DNA of 32,000 nt from Pseudoalteromonas tetraodonis (GCF_002310835.1 NZ_CP011041.1:2010001-2042000), one strand, 5' to 3'; positions 10,445 through 17,453 are shown, counted from the stretch's first letter. The notes: generated by a model from the sequence alone, not told the origin. Translations and numbers: made by a program.

Positions 10445-12778
10445 TTACAATGCCTGAATACTGTTTTCGTCAATTTCAGCGCTAAATAACTGTTGAAATT
10501 GTACTATATTTTCATCACTTGTGATCACATCAATCGCTTGCTGATGACGACCTGCATCAATTTTTTGTTGAATTAGATAAGGCGAGTCAATCACCCCACT
10601 GGCAAAGTCGATATTTAGCTCAACGTTATGCCCATAAATAGTCGATAACGCCACATTTAACTTTTGGCGCAGCATAGGCGTATCTAAATGCTTTTGCGAT
10701 TCATCGACTTCAATATGAAAATGATTGTCTTGCTTGGTAAAAATTGAATGCAAGGCAAACTGGCGCATGCGCCCGCCAAGCCCCATTCGCTTAATTAAAT
10801 AAGCCCATTCATCTTGTTGATGGGCAAATCTAATTTCACTGATGGGGCTTTGAAAATCATCCGGCACCGGAATACTTGGTGCTTGTTCAACAACAGGAGC
10901 CGGTTTTTGCGGATTAATTTGCTCTAATAGCTCAGGTGCAAGATTTTCGGTAATTGTTTGGTGCTTCGCTTTAAAGTCAACTTTATTTGCAGGTTTAGTG
11001 CTTACCTGTGGCTTGCTCCCTGACATGGGGAGCGCTGGCTTTTTTGGTAACTCATCACCCGTCTCACTATCCCATGGAGGCGGCTCCTGCGCTACAGCTT
11101 GAGGTGTATTGCTAATAGGTTTATCGACGGGCCTAGCAGGGGTCGATTTTGGCACAACAGGTTTTTCGGTTGCTGCGCTTGACAGTTTGCCCGCACCGGA
11201 AATATTTCTGTCACGTAAAATACGCGCTATTGCAGACTGTGCACGTGCTTCTTGCTCGCCCATTGTTGGCGCTGAATGCTCAGTGCTACTAGGTACGTTT
11301 GATAGCTCAGGATTAAATCCTTGGTCAACCGCGCTACTCATTACATCATCGTATTGCGCTGCAATGGTTTGTTCTACATCGCTGTGCTGCATGTAGGCAT
11401 CATCTTCGCTTTGACGCTGCGCTTGTTCATCGCTCATTGGCGTTGTATCAGACACGTTTGGCTGACTTTGCGTTGACTCTTGCTCAATGTGAGTCCGGCT
11501 ATTATCAGAGCGCGAAACCTCAGGCCCAGCAGCCTCTATTGGCTGTGGATTATGTATTGATGGCTGACTTTCAGTGCTATTGCTCTGCGCTGGTTTATTT
11601 TTATTTAAAATATCACGCAATGCATTGGTACGCCCTGTGGCATTTTGCTCTGGCGCGGGTTGCGAGCTAGGTGCTGAATGCGTCGTTTGTGAGTGCTCAG
11701 GTTGAAATGCTAACAATCGTAGCATAATCATCTCAAACCCTAAGCGTGGTTCAGGCGCCCACTGTAAATCTTTTTTGCCATTCAGTAATAACTGATAATA
11801 CACTTGAATTTGCTGAGCATGAGTGTGCGCTGCAACATGCTTAATGTAGTCAGCATTATTGCTATCAAGTGCTGCCGCTTCAGGCACTAATTGGCTTAAT
11901 TGAATAATATGAGTAAGTGCAATTAAGTCATCAAGTAGTGCAATGTAATTAGGATTTCTGCTCGCGACTTGGGCAACTTCAGCCATTAAGGCTGCGCCAT
12001 CCTGCGCGAGTAATGCAGCGAGTAAACTCTGACTATAATGGGTATCCATTAAACCAAGCATGGCTTGAACAGCTTGATTATTAATATCGCCATTTGTTTG
12101 GGCAATAGCCTGATCGGTCAGGCTCAGCGCATCTCGCATACTGCCATCGGCTGCTTTAGCAATAATACTTAGGGCATCATTATCAAAATTGAGATGCTCT
12201 TGTGTAAGAACATGCTCAAGCTGTTGCTTAATTTCAGCTTGCGACAAGGCATTTAAATTAAACTGTAAGCAGCGCGATAAAATAGTTACCGGTAATTTTT
12301 GTGGATCGGTGGTCGCCAGTAAAAACTTTACATGCTCAGGTGGCTCTTCGAGCGTTTTTAATAAGGCATTAAAGCTGTGCTTTGACAACATGTGTACTTC
12401 ATCAATTAAGTACACTTTATAGCGTCCGCGGGTTGGCGCATATTGAACGTTATCGAGTATTTCGCGAGTATCTTCAACTTTTGTGCGTGAGGCCGCATCT
12501 ATTTCGAGTAAATCAATGTAGCGCCCTGCTTCTATATCAACACAGCTACTACATTGACCACATGGTGTGGCAGAAATGCCCTCATCACAATTTAAGCTTT
12601 TAGCAAAAATACGCGCAATGGTCGTTTTACCAACACCACGGGTTCCAGTGAATAAATAAGCGTGATGCAGTCTATTTTGACTCAGCGCATTAACCAGCGC
12701 TTGTTTAACATGAGACTGCCCAACCAATTCATGAAAGGTTTGAGGACGCCATTTTCTCGCTAGAACCTGATAACTCAT
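10445..12778 (-). CDS. dnaX: DNA polymerase III subunit tau (and probably gamma)
   Basis: 777 aa with Walker A GTRGVGKTT, a zinc module CGQCSSC, Walker B DEVHML and sensor SRC. A long low-complexity P/Q/S-rich linker precedes the C-terminal tau domain. Confidence 0.96.
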   Translation of the reverse strand: MSYQVLARKWRPQTFHELVGQSHVKQALVNALSQNRLHHAYLFTGTRGVGKTTIARIFAKSLNCDEGISATPCGQCSSCVDIEAGRYIDLLEIDAASRTKVEDTREILDNVQYAPTRGRYKVYLIDEVHMLSKHSFNALLKTLEEPPEHVKFLLATTDPQKLPVTILSRCLQFNLNALSQAEIKQQLEHVLTQEHLNFDNDALSIIAKAADGSMRDALSLTDQAIAQTNGDINNQAVQAMLGLMDTHYSQSLLAALLAQDGAALMAEVAQVASRNPNYIALLDDLIALTHIIQLSQLVPEAAALDSNNADYIKHVAAHTHAQQIQVYYQLLLNGKKDLQWAPEPRLGFEMIMLRLLAFQPEHSQTTHSAPSSQPAPEQNATGRTNALRDILNKNKPAQSNSTESQPSIHNPQPIEAAGPEVSRSDNSRTHIEQESTQSQPNVSDTTPMSDEQAQRQSEDDAYMQHSDVEQTIAAQYDDVMSSAVDQGFNPELSNVPSSTEHSAPTMGEQEARAQSAIARILRDRNISGAGKLSSAATEKPVVPKSTPARPVDKPISNTPQAVAQEPPPWDSETGDELPKKPALPMSGSKPQVSTKPANKVDFKAKHQTITENLAPELLEQINPQKPAPVVEQAPSIPVPDDFQSPISEIRFAHQQDEWAYLIKRMGLGGRMRQFALHSIFTKQDNHFHIEVDESQKHLDTPMLRQKLNVALSTIYGHNVELNIDFASGVIDSPYLIQQKIDAGRHQQAIDVITSDENIVQFQQLFSAEIDENSIQAL
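11015..11060 (-). promoter_or_regulatory. Candidate programmed -1 ribosomal frameshift cassette in dnaX
   Basis: Minus strand reads GGGTGAT (SD-like, 11060-11054), 8 nt, then A AAA AAG in the X XXY YYZ phase (11045-11039, codons CCA AAA AAG = P578 K579 K580). After 5 nt comes the hairpin GCTCCC-catgtca-GGGAGC (11033-11015). The -1 frame reads ASAPHVREQATGKH then TAA. Confidence 0.55.
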
Positions 12779-12781
12779 CGA

Positions 12782-13327
12782 TTATTCGCCTTCGAATTCA
12801 ACCAATTTTAGGATTTTAATACCCATTTTTTCAACACGCTGCTCCCCACCTAGTTCAGGTAACGATACGACGAATGCTGCATCTGTGGCGTTGCCGCCTA
12901 ATTTTGCAACCAACTTGGCTGTTGCTTCAATTGTACCACCGGTCGCCAACAAGTCGTCAACTAGCAATACTTTGTCACCGGCTACAATCGCATCAGTATG
13001 AAGCTCTAATGTATCTTCACCATATTCGAGTTGGTAATCTTGGCGAATAACTTCGCGCGGTAATTTACCAGGTTTGCGAACAGGGATAAAAGGAATTCCC
13101 AAGGCATAAGATAGCGGTGCACCAAAAATAAAGCCACGCGATTCTGTGCCAATAATTTTAGTAAAACCTTGATCTTTATAGGCGTTAATAAATGCATCTA
13201 TGGTTGCTTTAAACGCTTCAGGGTTTGCCATTAGGGTTGTTACATCGCGAAACATAATGCCCGCTTTAGGGTAATCAGCAATTGTAGTAATGCTGTTTTT
13301 GATAATTGCTGGTGTTACTTGAGTCAT
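12782..13327 (-). CDS. apt: Adenine phosphoribosyltransferase
   Basis: 181 aa with the PRPP-binding motif [13 protein letters not shown]. It lies immediately upstream of dnaX as in E. coli. Confidence 0.96.
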   Translation of the reverse strand: MTQVTPAIIKNSITTIADYPKAGIMFRDVTTLMANPEAFKATIDAFINAYKDQGFTKIIGTESRGFIFGAPLSYALGIPFIPVRKPGKLPREVIRQDYQLEYGEDTLELHTDAIVAGDKVLLVDDLLATGGTIEATAKLVAKLGGNATDAAFVVSLPELGGEQRVEKMGIKILKLVEFEGE

Positions 13328-13435
13328 AATTTTAACTGCTCAATGGTTCATATTACAAAGCAGGTGATTATAACCTTAAGTGAGCGTAAATTGCGAGTTT
13401 GCGGTAGTTATAAAAATTCAGGAAGGGTAAACAAG

Positions 13436-13473
13436 ATAAAAAAATATAAGGCTGATGAAAACAACAGCCTTAT
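13436..13473 (-). terminator. Intrinsic terminator ending the MNIO operon
   Basis: Minus strand reads ATAAGGCTG-ttgttttcat-CAGCCTTAT followed by ATTTTTTTAT. The stem is 9 bp. It starts 16 nt after the stop of the 40-aa ORF. Confidence 0.85.
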
Positions 13474-13488
13474 GAAATAAAGCAAAAA

Positions 13489-13611
13489 TTACGTCAAGCT
13501 GGTGATCCAACCTAAAATAGCATTTAAACACCCTATTCCAGCAAACACGGCTAAAAATGCAAAAAAGTAAGCCGCATTAAACGGGTCTTTAAACTCTTTA
13601 TCATCTGACAT
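13489..13611 (-). CDS. Unannotated 40-aa single-TM small protein, last gene of the MNIO operon
   Basis: Hand translation gives MSDDKEFKDPFNAAYFFAFLAVFAGIGCLNAILGWITSLT*. This is an acidic N-terminus followed by roughly 25 hydrophobic residues. A weak AAGG lies about 10 nt upstream. It sits 72 nt downstream of the DUF2063 gene and directly before the operon terminator. It falls below the ORF-track length cutoff. Confidence 0.4.
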   Translation of the reverse strand: MSDDKEFKDPFNAAYFFAFLAVFAGIGCLNAILGWITSLT

Positions 13612-13683
13612 CGGTACAACCTTTTATTAAGCACAACAAATAAAGGCGTTATAATAGACGATGTGAAATAATCTATAAAGAGC

Positions 13684-14436
13684 TTAATCTTGATTTTTTG
13701 TCACTATAATTTGACGCTGTGCCATAGCTGTTAAGGTACTCAGTGCCCCTTGAGTTATTTGCTCAAGGCTAAATTGAGGTGCATTTTCACTGACTTGCTG
13801 GCAAACATGCGCAAATGTGCTTCCTGCGTTATTGTCAATAATAGACAAAAGCATGGCGGTCATCGCATTAGTTGCTAAAAATTGTACTTCATCGTCTTTA
13901 TCTCTGTACACCACAAAATAATGTGGCTGCTCAGAGGGCTGTTGCGGTTGAAACGCTTCGCTAATATGTTGTACGGGGAATTCATAGCTTAAGTTACGTG
14001 CCGTTTTAGATAAATATAAAGGGCTTTGGGTTAATTGATTCGTTACCAGTTCGCTCTCATCCAAGTCAGCCTGAGTTACCGATACATCAAGCTCAATCCA
14101 TTCATAATGCGCCAGCGCTAGCATAAACACAGGGTCGCACTCTTTGGGCACATAACTTGTCATTAAATACGTTATAAACTCTTCAGCAATATCTAAAAAG
14201 TAAGGCGACTGACAATCATGTTCACTAAAAAATTCACGAACACGTAACTGCCATTGTTGCTCAGTGTAAAGTGTTTTTAATACCGGAAATGCTGATGAAA
14301 CAAACCCATTGATGTTATTAAAAAAAAGCTCCCGATAAATAGCCATACGTCTGTCTTCAACATCTGCTGGGCAAGGGTTCGTTTTGGGCTGGCGAATATG
14401 AGCCATAAACTCATTTTGAATATCGATAAAACTCAT
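13684..14436 (-). CDS. DUF2063-family protein (partner/substrate-recruiting subunit of MNIO enzymes; HvfC/BufC-like)
   Basis: 250 aa. The N-terminal pattern IQNEFMAHIRQP…RRMAIYRELFFNNINGFVSSAFPVL is typical of DUF2063. It lies 54 nt downstream of a DUF692 gene, which is the canonical pairing. Confidence 0.8.
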   Translation of the reverse strand: MSFIDIQNEFMAHIRQPKTNPCPADVEDRRMAIYRELFFNNINGFVSSAFPVLKTLYTEQQWQLRVREFFSEHDCQSPYFLDIAEEFITYLMTSYVPKECDPVFMLALAHYEWIELDVSVTQADLDESELVTNQLTQSPLYLSKTARNLSYEFPVQHISEAFQPQQPSEQPHYFVVYRDKDDEVQFLATNAMTAMLLSIIDNNAGSTFAHVCQQVSENAPQFSLEQITQGALSTLTAMAQRQIIVTKNQD

Positions 14437-14490
14437 AGTTAATACTCTTTTAAAACCATGCTGTTATTATTACAAGCTGCATAGGACTGT

Positions 14491-15348
14491 TTAAGCACTT
14501 TGCTCAGTGGATAACCGCTGCAGGTGCTTTGCTTGTAATTGATGAATTATATCCAGCTCTTTGGTTAACACGTTAATAGGTGGAATATTAAAGTCCCGCT
14601 CTAACAGCGTCGGAAATACACCATGTGTTTCATAAGCGCTATCGAGCAACTGCCATACGGGATCAATAACATCGGCGCCATGAGTATCTATAATCAAGTC
14701 CTCGGCTTCGTTGTAATGCCCTGCAACATGGGCATAAGCAATTCGGTTAGTTGGCAATGCAGCTAAAAAGGCATGTGCATCGTAGCCATGATTAACTGAA
14801 TTAACATAAATATTATTTACATCTAGTAGTAACTGGCAATCAGCCTGTTCTAAAATAGCGTTTGTAAATTCAAGCTCAGTTAACTGTTGTCCAGGCGCGC
14901 CATAATAAGACACATTTTCCAGCGCAAGTGGGCGTTCTAAAATATCTTGTACCTGTTTAACCCGAGAAACAACATGGTTAACCGCCTCCTCAGTGAAAGG
15001 GATCGGCATTAAGTCATACATGTGTCCTTTTCCTGAACAATAACTTAAATGCTCGCTGTATACTTTAATATTATGAGTATCAAAAAACGGTTTTAACGAC
15101 TTTACAAATTCAAGGTCTAATGGCTCAGGCGAGCCAATGGAAAGTGACAAACCATGGCAAACAAAATGATTAGTATTGGTTAACTGTTTGAACTGCTTTT
15201 CAAAGCGTCCACCTAACTTTAACCAGTTTTCTGGGGCCACTTCCATAAACTCAATTTGTTTTGGTACAGCACCGTCTAGCTCATCTAGCATTTCCCTGCG
15301 TAGGCCTAAGCCAACCATGCCAAAGTTAGGCGTTTGAATGTGAGCCAT
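14491..15348 (-). CDS. DUF692 / MNIO (multinuclear non-haem iron oxidase; MbnB/BufB/HvfB-like)
   Basis: 285 aa with family signature blocks in the usual order: VGLGLRRE, FMEVAPENW, CHGLSLSIG, YSEHLSY, ALENVSYY, LLLDVNNIYVN, AHVAGH, IIDTHG, LLERD. The His/Glu/Asp/Asn residues are consistent with the iron ligands of this TIM-barrel family. Confidence 0.9.
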   Translation of the reverse strand: MAHIQTPNFGMVGLGLRREMLDELDGAVPKQIEFMEVAPENWLKLGGRFEKQFKQLTNTNHFVCHGLSLSIGSPEPLDLEFVKSLKPFFDTHNIKVYSEHLSYCSGKGHMYDLMPIPFTEEAVNHVVSRVKQVQDILERPLALENVSYYGAPGQQLTELEFTNAILEQADCQLLLDVNNIYVNSVNHGYDAHAFLAALPTNRIAYAHVAGHYNEAEDLIIDTHGADVIDPVWQLLDSAYETHGVFPTLLERDFNIPPINVLTKELDIIHQLQAKHLQRLSTEQSA

Positions 15349-15363
15349 AATAAAACCTCATAT

Positions 15364-15389
15364 TAAATAAAAAGGGCCTAATAGGCCCT
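15364..15389 (-). terminator. Intrinsic terminator/attenuator between the precursor gene and the MNIO gene
   Basis: Minus strand reads AGGGCCT-att-AGGCCCT followed by TTTTATTTAATA. It starts 27 nt after the precursor stop and ends 15 nt before the MNIO ATG. Confidence 0.75.
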
Positions 15390-15416
15390 ATAGCTTAACG
15401 TATTTAAAAGAAAAGT

Positions 15417-15884
15417 TTAGTGACCACCGCATTTACCTTCGCCACATTTACCTTCTTTTTTGGTTTTAGCTTCACCGCATTTACCTTCGCCACACTTGCC
15501 TTCTTTTTTGGCCTTAGCTTCACCGCATTTACCTTCGCCGCACTTGCCTTCTTTTTTGGCTTTAGCTTCACCGCATTTACCTTCGCCGCACTTACCTTCT
15601 TTTTTGGCCTTAGCTTCACCGCATTTGCCTTCGCCGCACTTACCTTCTTTTTTGGCCTTCGCTTCGCCGCATTTACCTTCGCCGCACTTTCCTTCTTTTT
15701 TGGTTTTAGCTTCACCGCATTTACCTTCGCCGCACTTGCCTTCACCTGCGTCTAACTGGTAACCAGCAACCATTTGCTGAAATTCAAATGGGTTAGCTTG
15801 TACATCTGCACTGGCCATACTTGCACTACCAACAACCACTGCGCCGAGTGTTAATGCAATTGAATTTTTCTTTATTGTATTCAT
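15417..15884 (-). CDS. Secreted tandem-repeat cysteine protein (14 x GKCGE): predicted MNIO substrate/precursor (HvfA-like)
   Basis: 155 aa. AGAAGG Shine-Dalgarno 9 nt upstream of the ATG. Sec signal MNTIKKNSIALTLGAVVVGSASMASA|DV, then a unique segment NPFEFQQMVAGYQLDA, then (EGKCGEGKCGEAK[A/T]KK)x6 + EGKCGEGKCGGH. Differences between repeat units are almost all synonymous in this frame only. Confidence 0.85.
   Translation of the reverse strand: MNTIKKNSIALTLGAVVVGSASMASADVQANPFEFQQMVAGYQLDAGEGKCGEGKCGEAKTKKEGKCGEGKCGEAKAKKEGKCGEGKCGEAKAKKEGKCGEGKCGEAKAKKEGKCGEGKCGEAKAKKEGKCGEGKCGEAKTKKEGKCGEGKCGGH
15426..15745 (-). repeat. 48-bp tandem repeat, 6 complete units plus a partial seventh, inside the precursor CDS
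   Basis: Unit boundaries on the plus strand are 15426, 15474, 15522, 15570, 15618, 15666 and 15714. The unit consensus is ACCGCATTTACCTTCGCCGCACTTRCCTTCTTTTTTGGYYTTAGCTTC. No stop codons occur in 4 of the 6 frames. Confidence 0.95.
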
Positions 15885-15915
15885 TTTTTATTACCTTCTA
15901 AACTTGTTGAACATC

Positions 15916-15944
15916 ATTATACAAGTAGACCTGCATAAAACTAA
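15916..15944 (-). promoter_or_regulatory. Candidate sigma-70 promoter of the precursor/MNIO operon
   Basis: Minus strand has a perfect TATAAT (15921-15916) and a weak -35 TTAGTT (15944-15939) with a 17-nt spacer. It lies about 30 nt upstream of the precursor ATG. The dyad ACTTGT-N13-ACAAGT (15902-15926) overlaps the -10. Confidence 0.4.
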
Positions 15945-16072
15945 AAACTTTCACATTATCTATTTTTTCAAAAATAACTTAGTAAACTAACTATGAACCC
16001 TAATAAGCGTTTTATCAATTTATGATTTACAGGTAAACTGGCGCTCTTTTTCAGTAATAAATTAATCACACT

Positions 16073-17053
16073 ATGAAACTTGTTTTAGCACCTATGGAAG
16101 GTGTCGTTGACTTTAAAATGCGCCAACTACTCACCGACATAGGTGGCTTTGATCTTTGTGTGACTGAATTTATCCGCGTTGTAGATACTTGCTTGCCTGA
16201 TAAAGTATTCCATCGTTATTGCCCTGAACTAAAAAATGCAGGGCTAACTCGATGTGGCACGCCAGTTAGAATTCAGTTATTGGGCCAAGTGGCTGACGTC
16301 CTAGCTGAAAATGCAGTAAAAGCGGTTAGTTTGGGCTCTCATGGTGTTGACTTAAACTTTGGCTGCCCGGCAAAAACGGTGAATAAAAGCAAAGGGGGCG
16401 CTGTTTTACTCAAAGACCCTGAACATATGTATTCAATAATTAAAACTGTAAGGGATGCCGTAGACGCTGAACACGAGGTAAGTGCAAAAATTCGCTTAGG
16501 TTTTGATGATGATAGTAATAGCCAAGAGATTGTCGATGCCGTTGTCAGTGCAGGTGCGAGCAGTATCGCCATTCATGCGCGAACTAAACGCGATGGCTAT
16601 AACCCGCCTGCCTATTGGGAAAAAATCCCTCCTTTAGTTAAAGATAAACAAATTGCGGTGGTCGCCAATGGGGAGATTTGGCAGGTAGAAGATGCCCTTT
16701 TATGCCAAAAGCGCAGCGGTTGCACTGACTTAATGATTGGCCGTGGCGCCCTTTCACATCCTGATTTAGCTCGTAAAATTAAAGCTCATATTAATAATGA
16801 AGATTATAGTGAGTTAACGTGGGAAAATATTTTACACCATATTATTTACTCATCCATGCACCAAACCGCCAGTAAAGATACCAAGTACTTTGCCTCACGC
16901 ACAAAACAATGGCTTGGTTATTTAAAACGTCAGTACCCACAAGCAGGACTATTATTTGACGAAATACGTCGTTTAAAAGCCAAAGATGAAGTGGCAGAGG
17001 TATTAAAAAAATATGCGAAAGCGCCACAATTTGATACAAATCATAACATCTAA
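16073..17053 (+). CDS. dusC: tRNA-dihydrouridine(16) synthase DusC
   Basis: 326 aa. MKLVLAPMEGVVDFKMRQLLTD…DLCVTEFIRVV…VDLNFGCPAKTVNKSKGGAVLLKDPE… is colinear with E. coli DusC. Confidence 0.9.
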   Translation: MKLVLAPMEGVVDFKMRQLLTDIGGFDLCVTEFIRVVDTCLPDKVFHRYCPELKNAGLTRCGTPVRIQLLGQVADVLAENAVKAVSLGSHGVDLNFGCPAKTVNKSKGGAVLLKDPEHMYSIIKTVRDAVDAEHEVSAKIRLGFDDDSNSQEIVDAVVSAGASSIAIHARTKRDGYNPPAYWEKIPPLVKDKQIAVVANGEIWQVEDALLCQKRSGCTDLMIGRGALSHPDLARKIKAHINNEDYSELTWENILHHIIYSSMHQTASKDTKYFASRTKQWLGYLKRQYPQAGLLFDEIRRLKAKDEVAEVLKKYAKAPQFDTNHNI

Positions 17054-17112
17054 GATAATCTAACTAGATAATAGCAGTATCACTGAGGACTAATTTAAGG
17101 GTTATACTGCTA

Positions 17113-17439
17113 ATGCATCATCAGCAACGACTAAACGATGAAATTGAAAGTGTTAAAGCGACTATATTAGGCTTGCTATCACAATCTACACACCCTACAC
17201 ATCAAAATTTGCTTTGTATACTAACCCGTACCTCAAATGAAGAGTGGCTTGATATAGCAGCTCAGCAATTAGGCACCGAGTATAATCCCTTGATTGAGCG
17301 TATGAATAAGCTTGAAGCGGCAATAAGCCAAATTGACATTGGCCAGTATGGTTACTGTTGTGACTGTGAGGAAAAAATATCAGCGCAGCGCTTAGAGCAA
17401 GACCCTGCAGCGCAGCGATGTGATCAGTGCGCTAGTTAA
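17113..17439 (+). CDS. DksA/TraR-family C4 zinc-finger protein
   Basis: 108 aa. The C-terminal C-x2-C-x17-C-x2-C (CCDCEEKISAQRLEQDPAAQRCDQC) is typical of the TraR/DksA/YbiI family. Confidence 0.75.
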   Translation: MHHQQRLNDEIESVKATILGLLSQSTHPTHQNLLCILTRTSNEEWLDIAAQQLGTEYNPLIERMNKLEAAISQIDIGQYGYCCDCEEKISAQRLEQDPAAQRCDQCAS

Positions 17440-17453
17440 TAGCGCACTAAAGT

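Noticed and set aside
11768-11779. A second A-run in dnaX (GGC AAA AAA GAT, K335-K336) as a possible frameshift site.
   Set aside because: The AAAAAAG run is in the wrong phase (XXX YYY Z, not X XXY YYZ). It lies inside the conserved clamp-loader domain III (…LLNGKKDLQWAPEP…), so truncation there would destroy the core.
15426-15745. The regular direct repeats could be mistaken for a CRISPR array.
   Set aside because: The units are contiguous with no spacers. The period is 48 bp, the repeats are entirely inside a CDS, there are no cas genes and no leader.
15404-15762. Three additional long ORFs run through the repeat: 15404..15745 minus (KPKKK/SAAKVNAV repeats), 15420..15755 plus (FTFATFTFFFG…) and 15460..15762 plus (PHLPSPHLPSF…).
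   Set aside because: The 48-bp repeat simply lacks stop codons in 4 of 6 frames. Only the EGKCG frame has an ATG with a Shine-Dalgarno, a signal peptide and silent-site-only divergence between units.
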